Source: a virus (lineage: Duplodnaviria; Caudoviricetes). Taken from it: a stretch of DNA of 40,996 nt. Position numbers and translations under genes: made by a program. The notes beneath the pieces were generated by a model that was given only the letters and a program-made list of their open reading frames with translations, had not been told where the DNA came from and ran no database searches. The first letter of the stretch is position 1, and each line of letters starts with the position of its first letter. Location: IMG/VR virus record IMGVR_UViG_3300037755_000166, positions 1 to 40,996 of that record; one strand, given 5' to 3'. Shown one piece after another: positions 18,957-28,217 of this stretch.

Positions 18957-19801
18957 TGGCCGGGGATCTTCAGCCGCTCGCTGACAATTTCAAAATCGTC
19001 AATCCGGACGGAACGCCGACGATTTATTTCATTCAGTGGGCACAGCAACGTCAGATTGACATCACTGAAGGGATCACTGCGGCGCAGGCACAGGCACTGA
19101 TCGACGAATGGGCGGCTGCACGGCAAGTTATCGCAGGTGCCGGGCTAACCAATGGGGGTGCACTTTCCTCCGATGTGACGTTGAATGTCGGAGCCGGGAT
19201 CGGGATCGACGCCAACGCCAACGATGTGGCTTTGGCAGATACCGCCGTTACCCCCGGCTCATACACCAATGCCGACCTCACTGTTGATCAGCAAGGCCGC
19301 ATCACAGCGGTGGCGAACGGTTCAGGTGGCGGCGGAGGTACAGCGTGGGATACCATTGCCAGCTATGACCATGCCGTAACAGGTGATGTTGCTAATTTTG
19401 ATAGCCCGGACCTCTCGTCTTATAATGAACTATTTGTTCAGTTTGATAACGTCAATACGTCGAATGCCAGGGTAGTGCTCCTACTATCTACTGACGGATC
19501 TACTTTTCCTAATTCGTCAGGTGATTATGCCGATTTTACAACGACTGGTGTACGAAACAACAATACAGCCTTATTCGGTAATACAACTAACAGTGCGGCG
19601 GTTCGAGCCAGTAGTTTCTATATCCGCGACTTACAAGAAGTTACGCCTGTTCGGCATATACACCTGCCTATACGAAATGTTAGTCAAGCATTTCTAGCTA
19701 GTACCAGCCCTATTCTGAAGGTTCGAGCTACAGCCGCAAATGCCTCCGGGGCAGCGGGAGGTAATATTACTGCAGGAACTATCACTATGCTCGGTCGCTG
19801 A
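18953..19801 (+). CDS. tail fibre / receptor-binding protein
   Basis: TAVTPGSYTNADLTVDQQGRITA motif, Gly hinge, AT-rich C-terminal domain. Confidence 0.75.
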   Translation: MMAGDLQPLADNFKIVNPDGTPTIYFIQWAQQRQIDITEGITAAQAQALIDEWAAARQVIAGAGLTNGGALSSDVTLNVGAGIGIDANANDVALADTAVTPGSYTNADLTVDQQGRITAVANGSGGGGGTAWDTIASYDHAVTGDVANFDSPDLSSYNELFVQFDNVNTSNARVVLLLSTDGSTFPNSSGDYADFTTTGVRNNNTALFGNTTNSAAVRASSFYIRDLQEVTPVRHIHLPIRNVSQAFLASTSPILKVRATAANASGAAGGNITAGTITMLGR

Positions 19802-19804
19802 TGG

Positions 19805-20036
19805 ATGATTGATCGGACATATAACCCTAATGTAATTAATCAAGCTATCGCACAGTACGCCGAGAGCATCGTCGGACAGGCATCACCAGCTTCGTTCCTA
19901 TACCGTAGGTACTCTCCCTAGCGCAGCAACGGCTGCTCAACTAATCTATGTATCCAACGAGACAGGCGGGGCAATTCCAGCATTTTCAGATGGTACAAAC
20001 CGGCGTCGCGTCACTGACCGAGCAGTCGTTTCCTGA
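19805..20036 (+). pseudogene. chimeric remnant: GNAT-like gene start plus orphan tail-fibre C-terminus
   Basis: MIDRTYNPNVINQAIAQYAESIVG, then in another frame LRSYTVGTLPSAATAAQLIYVSNETGGAIPAFSDGTNRRRVTDRAVVS*. Confidence 0.7.
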
Positions 20037-20044
20037 TTGTCCTG

Positions 20045-20073
20045 TTGACGAACCTGCTATACCGTCATAGAGT
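20045..20073 (+). promoter_or_regulatory. putative sigma70 promoter
   Basis: TTGACG-17 nt-TAGAGT upstream of the ejection-protein genes. Confidence 0.45.
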
Positions 20074-20151
20074 GCTTTCGCTCTCCCGCCTTTGTGCGCT
20101 TGCTAGAACAGTCCCGCCGAGAGCCCTGGGGACGCTCTGGACGCCAAGCGC

Positions 20152-20544
20152 ATGGACGGCACAACCATCATTGCAGCAATCGACAACAGCCCCCTCAACC
20201 GGGGTTTGCGAGGTGCTGAATGGCTGGCCTCCCCCGGTAATATCCCGATCCTGATCGAGGATGATATTGCGCTGTTCGACAATGAAGGCGACGGCACCTA
20301 CCAAATTCATGTGCTTTTCCAGTCCAGCGGCAAGACTGCCCGCGACCGGATCAAGGCTATATTCTCCGAAATGTTTGAAGATCATGGTGCAGACATGATT
20401 ATGGGTTTGGTGCCGGATTTTCGTCGCGATGTGAAGCTGATGGCGCGCTGGACTGGTATGAAGCCCGTCGGCAAGCGTGCGACCGATCACGGCATTTGCG
20501 AACTTTATGTGCTCTCGAAAGAGATGTGGAAGGATCAGAATTAA
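20152..20544 (+). CDS. GNAT-fold virion assembly protein (P22 gp14-like position)
   Basis: YQIHVLF...GLVPDFRRDVKLMARWTGMKPVG; synteny. Confidence 0.65.
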   Translation: MDGTTIIAAIDNSPLNRGLRGAEWLASPGNIPILIEDDIALFDNEGDGTYQIHVLFQSSGKTARDRIKAIFSEMFEDHGADMIMGLVPDFRRDVKLMARWTGMKPVGKRATDHGICELYVLSKEMWKDQN

Positions 20545-20882
20545 TGTCGTTTCTCGGTAATCTGTTTTCAGGCGCAGGGGCTGCCGGAGGGGCAGCGGCG
20601 GGCGGGGGTTCGTCCAACTTCCTTGAGAAACTTCTAGGTTCGTTTGGGAACAAGGATATGTCCACAATGGACCGCATCGGTTCCGGCCTGAACCAGATTG
20701 CCAGCGCAGGCGGGGCAGAGCAGGGCTATGCGAGCGGTCAAGGCATTCCCGGACTGCAAATCGGTCAGCAGGCACCAAACATGAATCCGACGATTAATCA
20801 GGCCAATATGCCGGATCCCTTGAAGCGGTATCAGAATTTCATGCAGACGTTTTCGTCGCAAATCCCTTACGGAAGGATGTAA
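20544..20882 (+). CDS. Gly-rich putative internal virion protein
   Basis: TAATG-coupled start; Gly/Gln-rich. Confidence 0.6.
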   Translation: MSFLGNLFSGAGAAGGAAAGGGSSNFLEKLLGSFGNKDMSTMDRIGSGLNQIASAGGAEQGYASGQGIPGLQIGQQAPNMNPTINQANMPDPLKRYQNFMQTFSSQIPYGRM

Positions 20883-20885
20883 GTC

Positions 20886-21557
20886 GTGAGTTTTCTCAAG
20901 CCGAAGGCGGCGAAGTCGTCATCGCAGAACGTCAACAATCCGTTGATTACGTCGTCCTATATGCCACAGATTCAGCAAGGCATTGGGGCGAACACCCGGC
21001 TTTCCTCGCTCCTGACTGGTGAAGGGGACACTGGCGCGGCGCAAGCAGGCTATGACAATTATTTGCAGCAGGCAGGTTTCGCACCAGCCATGGCGCAGAT
21101 GTCGCGCGGCGTTACCGGACAGGGAGCGGCTTCAGGATTGCTCCGCAGCGGCGCTACGGCAAAAGCCCTTCAGTCGCGTGGGGCGGAACTCAATCAATCC
21201 TTCTTCAACAATTATCTCCAGCAGCTTGCCGGCCTGTCCGGCCTCGGGCTTCAGGGCGGCGGCTTGGTGGCGAACACCGGGCAGGTGTCGTCGAGCAAGG
21301 GCGGCAGCCCAAGCACGCTCGGGTCGATCGCCTCGACGGTCGGCGGCATCGCGTCGATCTTTTCCGACCGACGCCTTAAGCGAGATATCGAGCGCGTGGG
21401 AGAATTCCCCGATGGCCTTGGCATCTATTCCTACCGTTACGTCATGGGAGCTAAGCGCGTCCTTGGAGTGATGGCTGATGAGATCACCAAGCTGCGGCCA
21501 TGGGCACTCGGTCCGAAAATTGCCGGGTATTCCACTGTTGATTATTCGAGGTTGTAA
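20886..21557 (+). CDS. ejection protein (gp7-like) with C-terminal peptidase S74-type chaperone domain
   Basis: AASGLLRSGATAKAL core; SDRRLKRDI...GVMADE...YSTVDYSRL. Confidence 0.75.
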   Translation: MSFLKPKAAKSSSQNVNNPLITSSYMPQIQQGIGANTRLSSLLTGEGDTGAAQAGYDNYLQQAGFAPAMAQMSRGVTGQGAASGLLRSGATAKALQSRGAELNQSFFNNYLQQLAGLSGLGLQGGGLVANTGQVSSSKGGSPSTLGSIASTVGGIASIFSDRRLKRDIERVGEFPDGLGIYSYRYVMGAKRVLGVMADEITKLRPWALGPKIAGYSTVDYSRL

Positions 21558-22960
21558 TGGCGGACCTTCAGAACATCCTTGCGTTTCTCGCGCAGAACGG
21601 AGGCGGTCTGCCGAACCTTCCGGGCGGGATGCAGCCCCAACAACAGCCTCCTTCACTCTACAGCAGCGGCGACCTTCCCAGCCTACCGGCCGGTATGGGT
21701 ACACCTCAACCACAGATACAGCAACCGAATGATGTCCAGAACATCATGCAATATTTGCAGCAGAGCGGTGGTGCAGCCCCTAGTCAGGTGCCTCAGTCAG
21801 TCGGGATGCAGGCCGCTCCAGCGCAGCAGGAAGCCTCTAAGCCGCGCCGGTCCCTGCTTGATACGGTCGGGCGGATTTCGGATGTGCTGGCGCGCGTCGG
21901 CGGGGCGGAAGCCATGTATCAGCCGACGCTGGATGCACAGCAGGACCGCACCCGCGCGATCGACCTTGAAAACCTGCAAAAGCAGACGATGGGCATCCAG
22001 ATGCAGGGCGCACAGGGGCAGCTTGCGCAACAGCAGGCGGCGATGCTTGGGCAGACTGTGAAGGGGCTTCGCGCCATCGGTGCGCGGTCGGGACCGCAGG
22101 GGATGCAGCGAGCGTGGCCTTTCCTCGCACAGCAGATGGGTGTTCCGCCTGAAAAGATTGAAGAAATTGGTATGCAGTTGCAGGCCGATCCTGAAGGTAC
22201 GTTGGCGGCGCTTGAAGCGGCGACATTGGAAGATAAGCAGCAGGGGTCGCAAACTTCCGCCGTTCAGAATTTCGCTGCGTATCAGAAAATCCTTGCAGAA
22301 CAGGGACCAGAGGCAGCGGAGCAATTCCTGTCCATGGCACAGCCTGCATCGGAAATTCAACCTTACCAGCGGGCGCAACTGGAACTCCAAGATCGGCGTA
22401 TTACGTCGGCTGAAAGACTTGCAGAACGCCGAATCAGGTCAGCGGAGAAAATCGCCACTGAACGAACTGCCACTGCGGCAAAAAAAGCAACCGGCAAGGG
22501 GGATACCTCCAGTTCGCAAAATATTGTTGCGCGGCTCGGAGATATTCGAGGTGCTGTTGATGCTCTGGACCGTATGAGCGCATTGGTCAAACCGGGGGAA
22601 ACCGGAGCGAATATTGTAAGGCGTGGAAGATCGTCGGGTATTGGTCAATTAGTGGAGGGTTTTGCAGGAACTGCTGCCCAGGAACAACGGGACTTGATTT
22701 CACAGACGGCTACAGGGATCATGTTCAATATGAAGCAGGCGCTGGGTTTGTCTGCACGCGACCTTGATACTAATCAGGATGTCCAGCGTGCTCTGGCAAC
22801 AATCAATAATCCGAACACTACAAAAGCCAATATGATGAAAGCATTGGATAATCTTGAAACTCAATTCAAATCACTACTGAAAAAAGCCCAACCACAGCCG
22901 GCAGGTGGGGGTAACGCCGCAGCTATTGCAGAAGCACGACGTAGGGGATTGATCCGATAA
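21557..22960 (+). CDS. ejection protein (gp20-like position)
   Basis: Gln/Ala-rich helical ORF in the ejection cluster. Confidence 0.65.
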   Translation: MADLQNILAFLAQNGGGLPNLPGGMQPQQQPPSLYSSGDLPSLPAGMGTPQPQIQQPNDVQNIMQYLQQSGGAAPSQVPQSVGMQAAPAQQEASKPRRSLLDTVGRISDVLARVGGAEAMYQPTLDAQQDRTRAIDLENLQKQTMGIQMQGAQGQLAQQQAAMLGQTVKGLRAIGARSGPQGMQRAWPFLAQQMGVPPEKIEEIGMQLQADPEGTLAALEAATLEDKQQGSQTSAVQNFAAYQKILAEQGPEAAEQFLSMAQPASEIQPYQRAQLELQDRRITSAERLAERRIRSAEKIATERTATAAKKATGKGDTSSSQNIVARLGDIRGAVDALDRMSALVKPGETGANIVRRGRSSGIGQLVEGFAGTAAQEQRDLISQTATGIMFNMKQALGLSARDLDTNQDVQRALATINNPNTTKANMMKALDNLETQFKSLLKKAQPQPAGGGNAAAIAEARRRGLIR

Positions 22961-25536
22961 TGGCACAAAAACCCTATTCCAAGCTTCAAGTAGAAGATGC
23001 CCGGCGTATTTATGCAAATGCCCGACAGGCAGTTATCGGGAAATTTTCAAATCCCGCCGATCAAGCCAAGGCCGTCTCCCGCTTTGAAAGTGATCCGCGC
23101 GTCCGGGCAATCCGGGCGCGTGCAGAATATACACCTGTAGAAACACGTAAGCAGGCAGTGAAAGAAACTGCACGTCAGGTAGTCGCGGCAAACCGTGCTG
23201 CCCCTTCAGTAATCCCTATGGGCATCCGGGATATGGGCGCAGCGTTAATGGGCTCCGCTAATGATGCACTTTTAGGCCTGCCTGCCCGCGTTGCAGCCGG
23301 AATCACAGGTGCACCTAACGACGTGATGCAGGAATTTGCGGACCAGCAGGGGCAACGTGCGCCGGTCACTAATATCCTCGGGACGCTCGCGGGATCGCTT
23401 GTCTCCGGAGGGGCGATAGCCGGTGGCCTCAAGGCTTTGGGGACACGCGCAGCAGCCTCATCGGCGCCCTTACTCGCGAAAGCAGGTAACGTATTGCAAA
23501 GTGCCACACAGTTACAAAAAGGGCAGAAACTCAAGAATGTAGCACGTGTCGCAGGTGCAGGCGCTACGGCTGGCGGTGTGGACGCAGCTATTAAGGATCG
23601 CAGTATTGCTGGCGGCGCTGCACTAGGTGGAGTTGCTGCGCCTGTTTTGCACGGCGTCATGAGTGGGACTGTTGCGGGAGCCAAAGGACTTCGTAACCTT
23701 GCGGGCTTCGAGCCGGTTGATCAAATTCTTGCGAAATACGTAAAAACACCTGTGAAGGAAATTCAAAAACGTATGCAGGATCGGGCGAGTAAAGGACTAC
23801 CCTCATCTATTTATGAAGTCTTGCCTCTTGGGGATCGGCAATTATTGGACGACGCCATAGGTAAAATGCCCGCGCAATCACGGGAGCGGCTTGCGACGGC
23901 TGTGCGCCAGCGGGCGAAAAATATGGTCCAGGAAACCGCAGCCCGGATCAAGGCAATTACTGCACCTCGTATGCAACAAGCGAAATCCTCCCTGGCTTCC
24001 GATCTTGCCGCGTCCCGTGGGGCTGAGAAAATTTTACCCGCAGAATCACGTCTCGCAGAAAGAGCCTCCCGGTCGGTCATGGATATGGAAACTCTGGCTG
24101 CGGTGGAGGCGCGCAACATCATGAAGCCTCATGATGCGAAGCAGGCTTTTGATAGTGTTGAAAGCCTTGTTCCCCAACACCCCGTCACGCAGGCAGACGG
24201 CACGATTGCGATGGTTGAAAGCAGTCCGGAAATCAGCGCTATGATTCGTAAGGCCGCTGGATTGTTGCGGAGTAAGAATGAGCCTCTCAAGGTCAAGGAA
24301 GTGACGGACATCATGTCCCGGCTGCGCCGGCGCGTAAACAGTGAAGAAGGGGATATTGCACGTGAGGCTCTTGAGCACATTACGGACCTTTTGGAAACAG
24401 AATTACCGGACATCGCTAAAGATGTCACTCGGATGCGAAGCCAATGGCATGCCCGACTGAGTTCAATGGAGGGTATGCGTGAAGGCGCCCGCGGGCGGTT
24501 GCGGCAGGATATTATGGAACCTACCCAGAAGACGCGGAATGCCTTTGAAACGGCCGCAGGACGTACAGGTCGTGCTATGGGTCAGGGGGCACAATTGGAG
24601 CGCGACTTGCTGGTGTCGCCAGATGCGTCTTTGCGTGCGATGAGTGAAATTGCAGATAATCCTACAGCACAGCGGGCAATATCCCAAAATCTTGGTGCAG
24701 GAGCCGGTGAAGATATTGCCTCTGTGGCACGAGCACAATCCGAAAGCGCTCGCAGTCTAGGCCGCCTGGCTTCTGAACGTGGCGGTGATCCAGTTATGGA
24801 AGGGACCAAATTATTGCAGAGCATCATGATGCTCGCGCCTAATACCCTTCCATCCACGAAAGCATTCGCTCTCTCCCGACTGGTGCAAGGTTCCTTACGG
24901 ATTCCTGAGAAGCAGGCAGGTGAAATTGTGGAAATGCTGTTTTCACAGAATCCGACTCAAATTTCACGAGCGATTACTTCACTCAGTAAATTTGGTGAAG
25001 CCGGACAGCAGGCCATTCGTACCATTGGCCGCGATTTAGCCGTAGGTGCTATGGCGGCTAGTGGAGCCACACCTAATGAATATCAGGGTGATCCTTATAC
25101 TGCGACGATAGATGCACCATCCGCTTCGGAACCGGATTATTCCCAAATGTCAGATGAAGAATTGATGCAGGCGGTAGGTAGCGAACCGGATTATTCCCAA
25201 ATGTCAGATGAAGAATTGATGCAGGCGGTAGGTGACACTGATCCTCTGGAAGGTGACGCACCTTACGGCCGACAGGTGATCGAATCAATTTTCCCGGATG
25301 CGGAAATCACCGACGATGTGCGTGATCCTCTCAGCAGCCTTGGGCAGTCCAACCCCGGAAGTTACCATGTGCAATCAGATGGTGCGGTTGATCTTCGGCC
25401 AATCCCAGGAATGTCCTTTGAGCAATTTGTCCAATCAATCCAGGATGCCGGGTATGAGGTCGTTGAGGCGATCGATGAAACCCGTAATCCATCGAGTCAT
25501 GCTACAGGGCCGCACTGGCACATAGTTTTGGCATGA
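22960..25536 (+). CDS. large ejection protein with C-terminal M15-like Zn peptidase domain
   Basis: Ala-rich with hydrophobic segments; GSYH...GAVDLR...TGPHWHI. Confidence 0.7.
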   Translation: MAQKPYSKLQVEDARRIYANARQAVIGKFSNPADQAKAVSRFESDPRVRAIRARAEYTPVETRKQAVKETARQVVAANRAAPSVIPMGIRDMGAALMGSANDALLGLPARVAAGITGAPNDVMQEFADQQGQRAPVTNILGTLAGSLVSGGAIAGGLKALGTRAAASSAPLLAKAGNVLQSATQLQKGQKLKNVARVAGAGATAGGVDAAIKDRSIAGGAALGGVAAPVLHGVMSGTVAGAKGLRNLAGFEPVDQILAKYVKTPVKEIQKRMQDRASKGLPSSIYEVLPLGDRQLLDDAIGKMPAQSRERLATAVRQRAKNMVQETAARIKAITAPRMQQAKSSLASDLAASRGAEKILPAESRLAERASRSVMDMETLAAVEARNIMKPHDAKQAFDSVESLVPQHPVTQADGTIAMVESSPEISAMIRKAAGLLRSKNEPLKVKEVTDIMSRLRRRVNSEEGDIAREALEHITDLLETELPDIAKDVTRMRSQWHARLSSMEGMREGARGRLRQDIMEPTQKTRNAFETAAGRTGRAMGQGAQLERDLLVSPDASLRAMSEIADNPTAQRAISQNLGAGAGEDIASVARAQSESARSLGRLASERGGDPVMEGTKLLQSIMMLAPNTLPSTKAFALSRLVQGSLRIPEKQAGEIVEMLFSQNPTQISRAITSLSKFGEAGQQAIRTIGRDLAVGAMAASGATPNEYQGDPYTATIDAPSASEPDYSQMSDEELMQAVGSEPDYSQMSDEELMQAVGDTDPLEGDAPYGRQVIESIFPDAEITDDVRDPLSSLGQSNPGSYHVQSDGAVDLRPIPGMSFEQFVQSIQDAGYEVVEAIDETRNPSSHATGPHWHIVLA
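25129..25233 (+). repeat. tandem duplication with 54-bp period (EPDYSQMSDEELMQAVG x2)
   Basis: 51 identical nt at 25129 and 25183. Confidence 0.95.
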
Positions 25537-25597
25537 TTTACTATGTTCAGAAAGTCGCATGATGTTACAGAATATAATCGCAAGGGCGCGAAGACCG

Positions 25598-25915
25598 ATG
25601 GATAATCTCGACATTTTAGGTGCCGATGGAGGCCGGCTGGCGATGGCCTTTGCTACGGGTTGTGCGGCCTGTTTTGCATTTCTTCGGACGGTTTTCACAA
25701 CGCCATTGCGCCAGCGGATCCGGCAACTCGACGATGCGCTGGAAGCCGATCGCAGGCGCTGTGCGGATATGGAAGTCCGATTGGTGCAGCGTGTTCAGTT
25801 TCTCGAAGGTTTTGTGCTATCCATGTCGCAGGGGAACTTGCGGCAGGACATGCAGAAGGTTCTATCCGAACAATGGTTGGATGAGCATCAATTTCATAGG
25901 GGGACTGAGGAATGA
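25598..25915 (+). CDS. membrane-anchored coiled-coil protein (putative holin/antiholin)
   Basis: One TM segment plus coiled coil; ATGA-coupled to the endolysin; start uncertain (25559 is an alternative). Confidence 0.55.
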   Translation: MDNLDILGADGGRLAMAFATGCAACFAFLRTVFTTPLRQRIRQLDDALEADRRRCADMEVRLVQRVQFLEGFVLSMSQGNLRQDMQKVLSEQWLDEHQFHRGTEE

Positions 25916-26490
25916 GCATTAAGCGATTGCAGACACAACTTGGTGTGACGGTGGATGGGATTGCAGGCCCAGCCACTATGCGTGCCCTATTTCAGCGATT
26001 CGGAGCGAACACAGACCGGGCGGTCGATCTCGGTATAGCCGCCGCCGTGCATTTTCCGGCGTTCGGCCTGATGGACAATATGTTTCGCCTTGCGCACTTC
26101 ATGGCCCAGCTTGCGCATGAAAGCGGCGACTTCAAATATATGGAGGAAACCGCCAGCGGCCAGGCATATGAGGGCCGCGCCGATCTCGGCAATACGCAGC
26201 CGGGCGACGGCAAGCGATATAAAGGCCGTGGTCCGATTCAGTTAACGGGGCGCTCAAACTATCGCCGGTTCGGTCACAAGGCTGGGATTAATTTTGAGCG
26301 CTATCCAGAGATTGTCGCCAACCCGTCTATCGGCCTGCATATCGCCTGCCTCTATTGGGATGACAGAAAGCTGAATGCGCTGGCCGATGCTGATAATCTG
26401 GAAGGCATCACGCGCAAGATTAATGGCGGCCTCAATGGGCTGGACGACCGCAAGGCTAAGTTGGTCAAGGCAAAGGCGTTGCTGCTATGA
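25912..26490 (+). CDS. endolysin, GH19 family with N-terminal PG-binding segment
   Basis: VDGIAGPAT; FMAQLAHES, YKGRGPIQLTGRSNY, ITRKINGGLNGLDDR. Confidence 0.92.
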   Translation: MSIKRLQTQLGVTVDGIAGPATMRALFQRFGANTDRAVDLGIAAAVHFPAFGLMDNMFRLAHFMAQLAHESGDFKYMEETASGQAYEGRADLGNTQPGDGKRYKGRGPIQLTGRSNYRRFGHKAGINFERYPEIVANPSIGLHIACLYWDDRKLNALADADNLEGITRKINGGLNGLDDRKAKLVKAKALLL

Positions 26491-26813
26491 AATTTCCCCT
26501 CACCATCACAATCAAGGTCGTCTCTCCCGGCGATGCACGTGGTTGGATTAGCGTCGGTTGCTTCATGCTGGCTGTGTTCGTGCTGTCCATGGCCTTTCTT
26601 GACAAGGCTCTGCTCGACAATAACGCTTTCCTCGTGCTGGCGACGGCCATTGTCATTACCGGCTGGGTAAACGGCCCGGTCGGGTGGGCTTTTCAAGCGA
26701 CTAAAGGTGGTGGTGAGGCTGCGGAATCGTCGGCTCGCATTGCTGAACAAGCGGCGACTACGGCGATCCCCCGCGCGCAAATGGGGGCGGGAAGAAATAA
26801 TCATGGGCAATAA
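26487..26813 (+). CDS. putative holin
   Basis: Two hydrophobic segments; directly after the endolysin. Confidence 0.6.
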   Translation: MKFPLTITIKVVSPGDARGWISVGCFMLAVFVLSMAFLDKALLDNNAFLVLATAIVITGWVNGPVGWAFQATKGGGEAAESSARIAEQAATTAIPRAQMGAGRNNHGQ

Positions 26814-27126
26814 CATTTTTGCGTATACGGCGATGGACCCCAGCTACCCTGGCTACGTCTCGATAAACCGGAAAAATAATGGCGACGTGTCTGTTTCAGT
26901 GCGTGCCGCGCCAGAAACGCGGCAGGGCGTCTACGTTTGCGGCTTTGCCCGTGATGCGGGCTCGCCTGGTCGTTGCACGCCCGGAAGCCCAAACTGCAAC
27001 AATTACTGCAATATGCATCCCGACAAGTCCCTGCCTATGGCCGATCATCCGTTGCCGTGCGAGCATGTGGTTGAGGGCGTGACGGCACAGTTCACCATCC
27101 CCGCTGACCAATGGAGATTATCATGA
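26803..27126 (+). CDS. hypothetical Cys-rich protein
   Basis: MGNNIFAYT...YPGYVSINR...C..CNNYC. Confidence 0.65.
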   Translation: MGNNIFAYTAMDPSYPGYVSINRKNNGDVSVSVRAAPETRQGVYVCGFARDAGSPGRCTPGSPNCNNYCNMHPDKSLPMADHPLPCEHVVEGVTAQFTIPADQWRLS

Positions 27127-27326
27127 TAGAATTTATAATAGCCCTACTCATCGTCGGGGCCGCGCTTTACCTGCTCCAGCTTGTGCCGATCGATGGCACA
27201 ATAAAGCGGGTGATCCAGGTGTTGGTTATTCTCGCGGTTGTGCCCCGCCTCTTCGTCCTTGCTGCAATCGCGTTGGCTGGCGTGATTGCATTCGGGGTGG
27301 GCACGGATTTATGGGAGGCGTGGTGA
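27123..27326 (+). CDS. small membrane protein
   Basis: GGAG RBS; LLIVGAALYLLQLVPIDGTIKRVI. Confidence 0.6.
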   Translation: MIEFIIALLIVGAALYLLQLVPIDGTIKRVIQVLVILAVVPRLFVLAAIALAGVIAFGVGTDLWEAW

Positions 27327-27913
27327 TGAGTATATTCCTGACGGCCGGGAAATTCCTCTTGGGCGGACTAGGCTGGCTCAAAGACGCGATCTCAGCCGCT
27401 TTCCGCTGGGCGGTGGACAATCCCGCCAAGGCGGGCTGCATTGTCCTCCTATGCGCCTCCCTGTGGCTTCTGCATGGCAAGCGTGAGGCGCTGGCGGACC
27501 TCACGGACATGACGGCGCTGAGAGACGCTGAGAAGGCCGCGCATGCCCAGACAGTCATCAATTACCGAACAGCCGCCAAAGCCGCTGAGAATGCCGCAGA
27601 AGCGGAGAAGAAACGTAAGGAGGCATTGTATGCCAAAGCTGCCCATGAATCCGATCAAGCCTATGCTGATTTGCGCGCTCGCTATCGTAGCGTCCTGCAA
27701 AGAGCGCCCGGAGCCAATTCCAGCGGTGCCGACCAAACTGATTTGCCCGTCAGTTCCGGAGCGCCCCGAGTTTCTGTTGAAGCCGCCAGTGGTGCCGGAG
27801 TTCTTGTCAGCCGTGACGACGCGCTGATATGTGCCGACAATACCGCTTACGCGCAAGCCGCGTTTGAGTGGGCCGAGAAGGTAGCGGCTACCAGAGGCGC
27901 AGCCCTTCGATAA
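27326..27913 (+). CDS. i-spanin (Rz-like)
   Basis: N-terminal hydrophobic segment, Ala-rich coiled coil, C-terminal Cys; GGAGG RBS. Confidence 0.75.
   Translation: MSIFLTAGKFLLGGLGWLKDAISAAFRWAVDNPAKAGCIVLLCASLWLLHGKREALADLTDMTALRDAEKAAHAQTVINYRTAAKAAENAAEAEKKRKEALYAKAAHESDQAYADLRARYRSVLQRAPGANSSGADQTDLPVSSGAPRVSVEAASGAGVLVSRDDALICADNTAYAQAAFEWAEKVAATRGAALR
27630..27827 (+). CDS. o-spanin lipoprotein (Rz1-like) embedded in the i-spanin
   Basis: AAGGAGG RBS; LICALAIVAS-C lipobox; Pro-rich; alternative frame. Confidence 0.8.
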   Translation: MPKLPMNPIKPMLICALAIVASCKERPEPIPAVPTKLICPSVPERPEFLLKPPVVPEFLSAVTTR

Positions 27914-27950
27914 TCCGTCGCGCGGCGAACGATGTGGTGGCCTGCTTCAG

Positions 27951-28100
27951 TCATGTCATTCTCCAAGGGCTTTGCTGATTGCGTAGAGCGCGCCGTCGCA
28001 TTGTCATAGACATTGTTTTGCTTTCCGCGATGACCGCGTTTGCAGCCTCCCGCAAAGCATCCCTCTCCGCGCGCAGGGCTGCACCTTCCTCACCCGTCAT
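27951..28100 (-). CDS. small hypothetical protein or gene fragment
   Basis: AAGGA RBS; MTGEEGAALRAERDALREAANAVIAE... Confidence 0.35.
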   Translation of the reverse strand: MTGEEGAALRAERDALREAANAVIAESKTMSMTMRRRALRNQQSPWRMT

Positions 28101-28217
28101 TGCCGGTCCTTTCCCGTTTATCCAGTTGGGATTGTCGTGTCCGTGGTGGGGCGTTCTTCCAAGCCGGTTCGGGCAACCCCTTCGCGCTTGGACGTGTTGC
28201 TATCACATGAGTCCTTC

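Noticed and set aside
15978-19801. Diversity-generating retroelement or invertible tail cassette
   Set aside because: No reverse transcriptase or invertase; paralogue differences are not adenine-specific.
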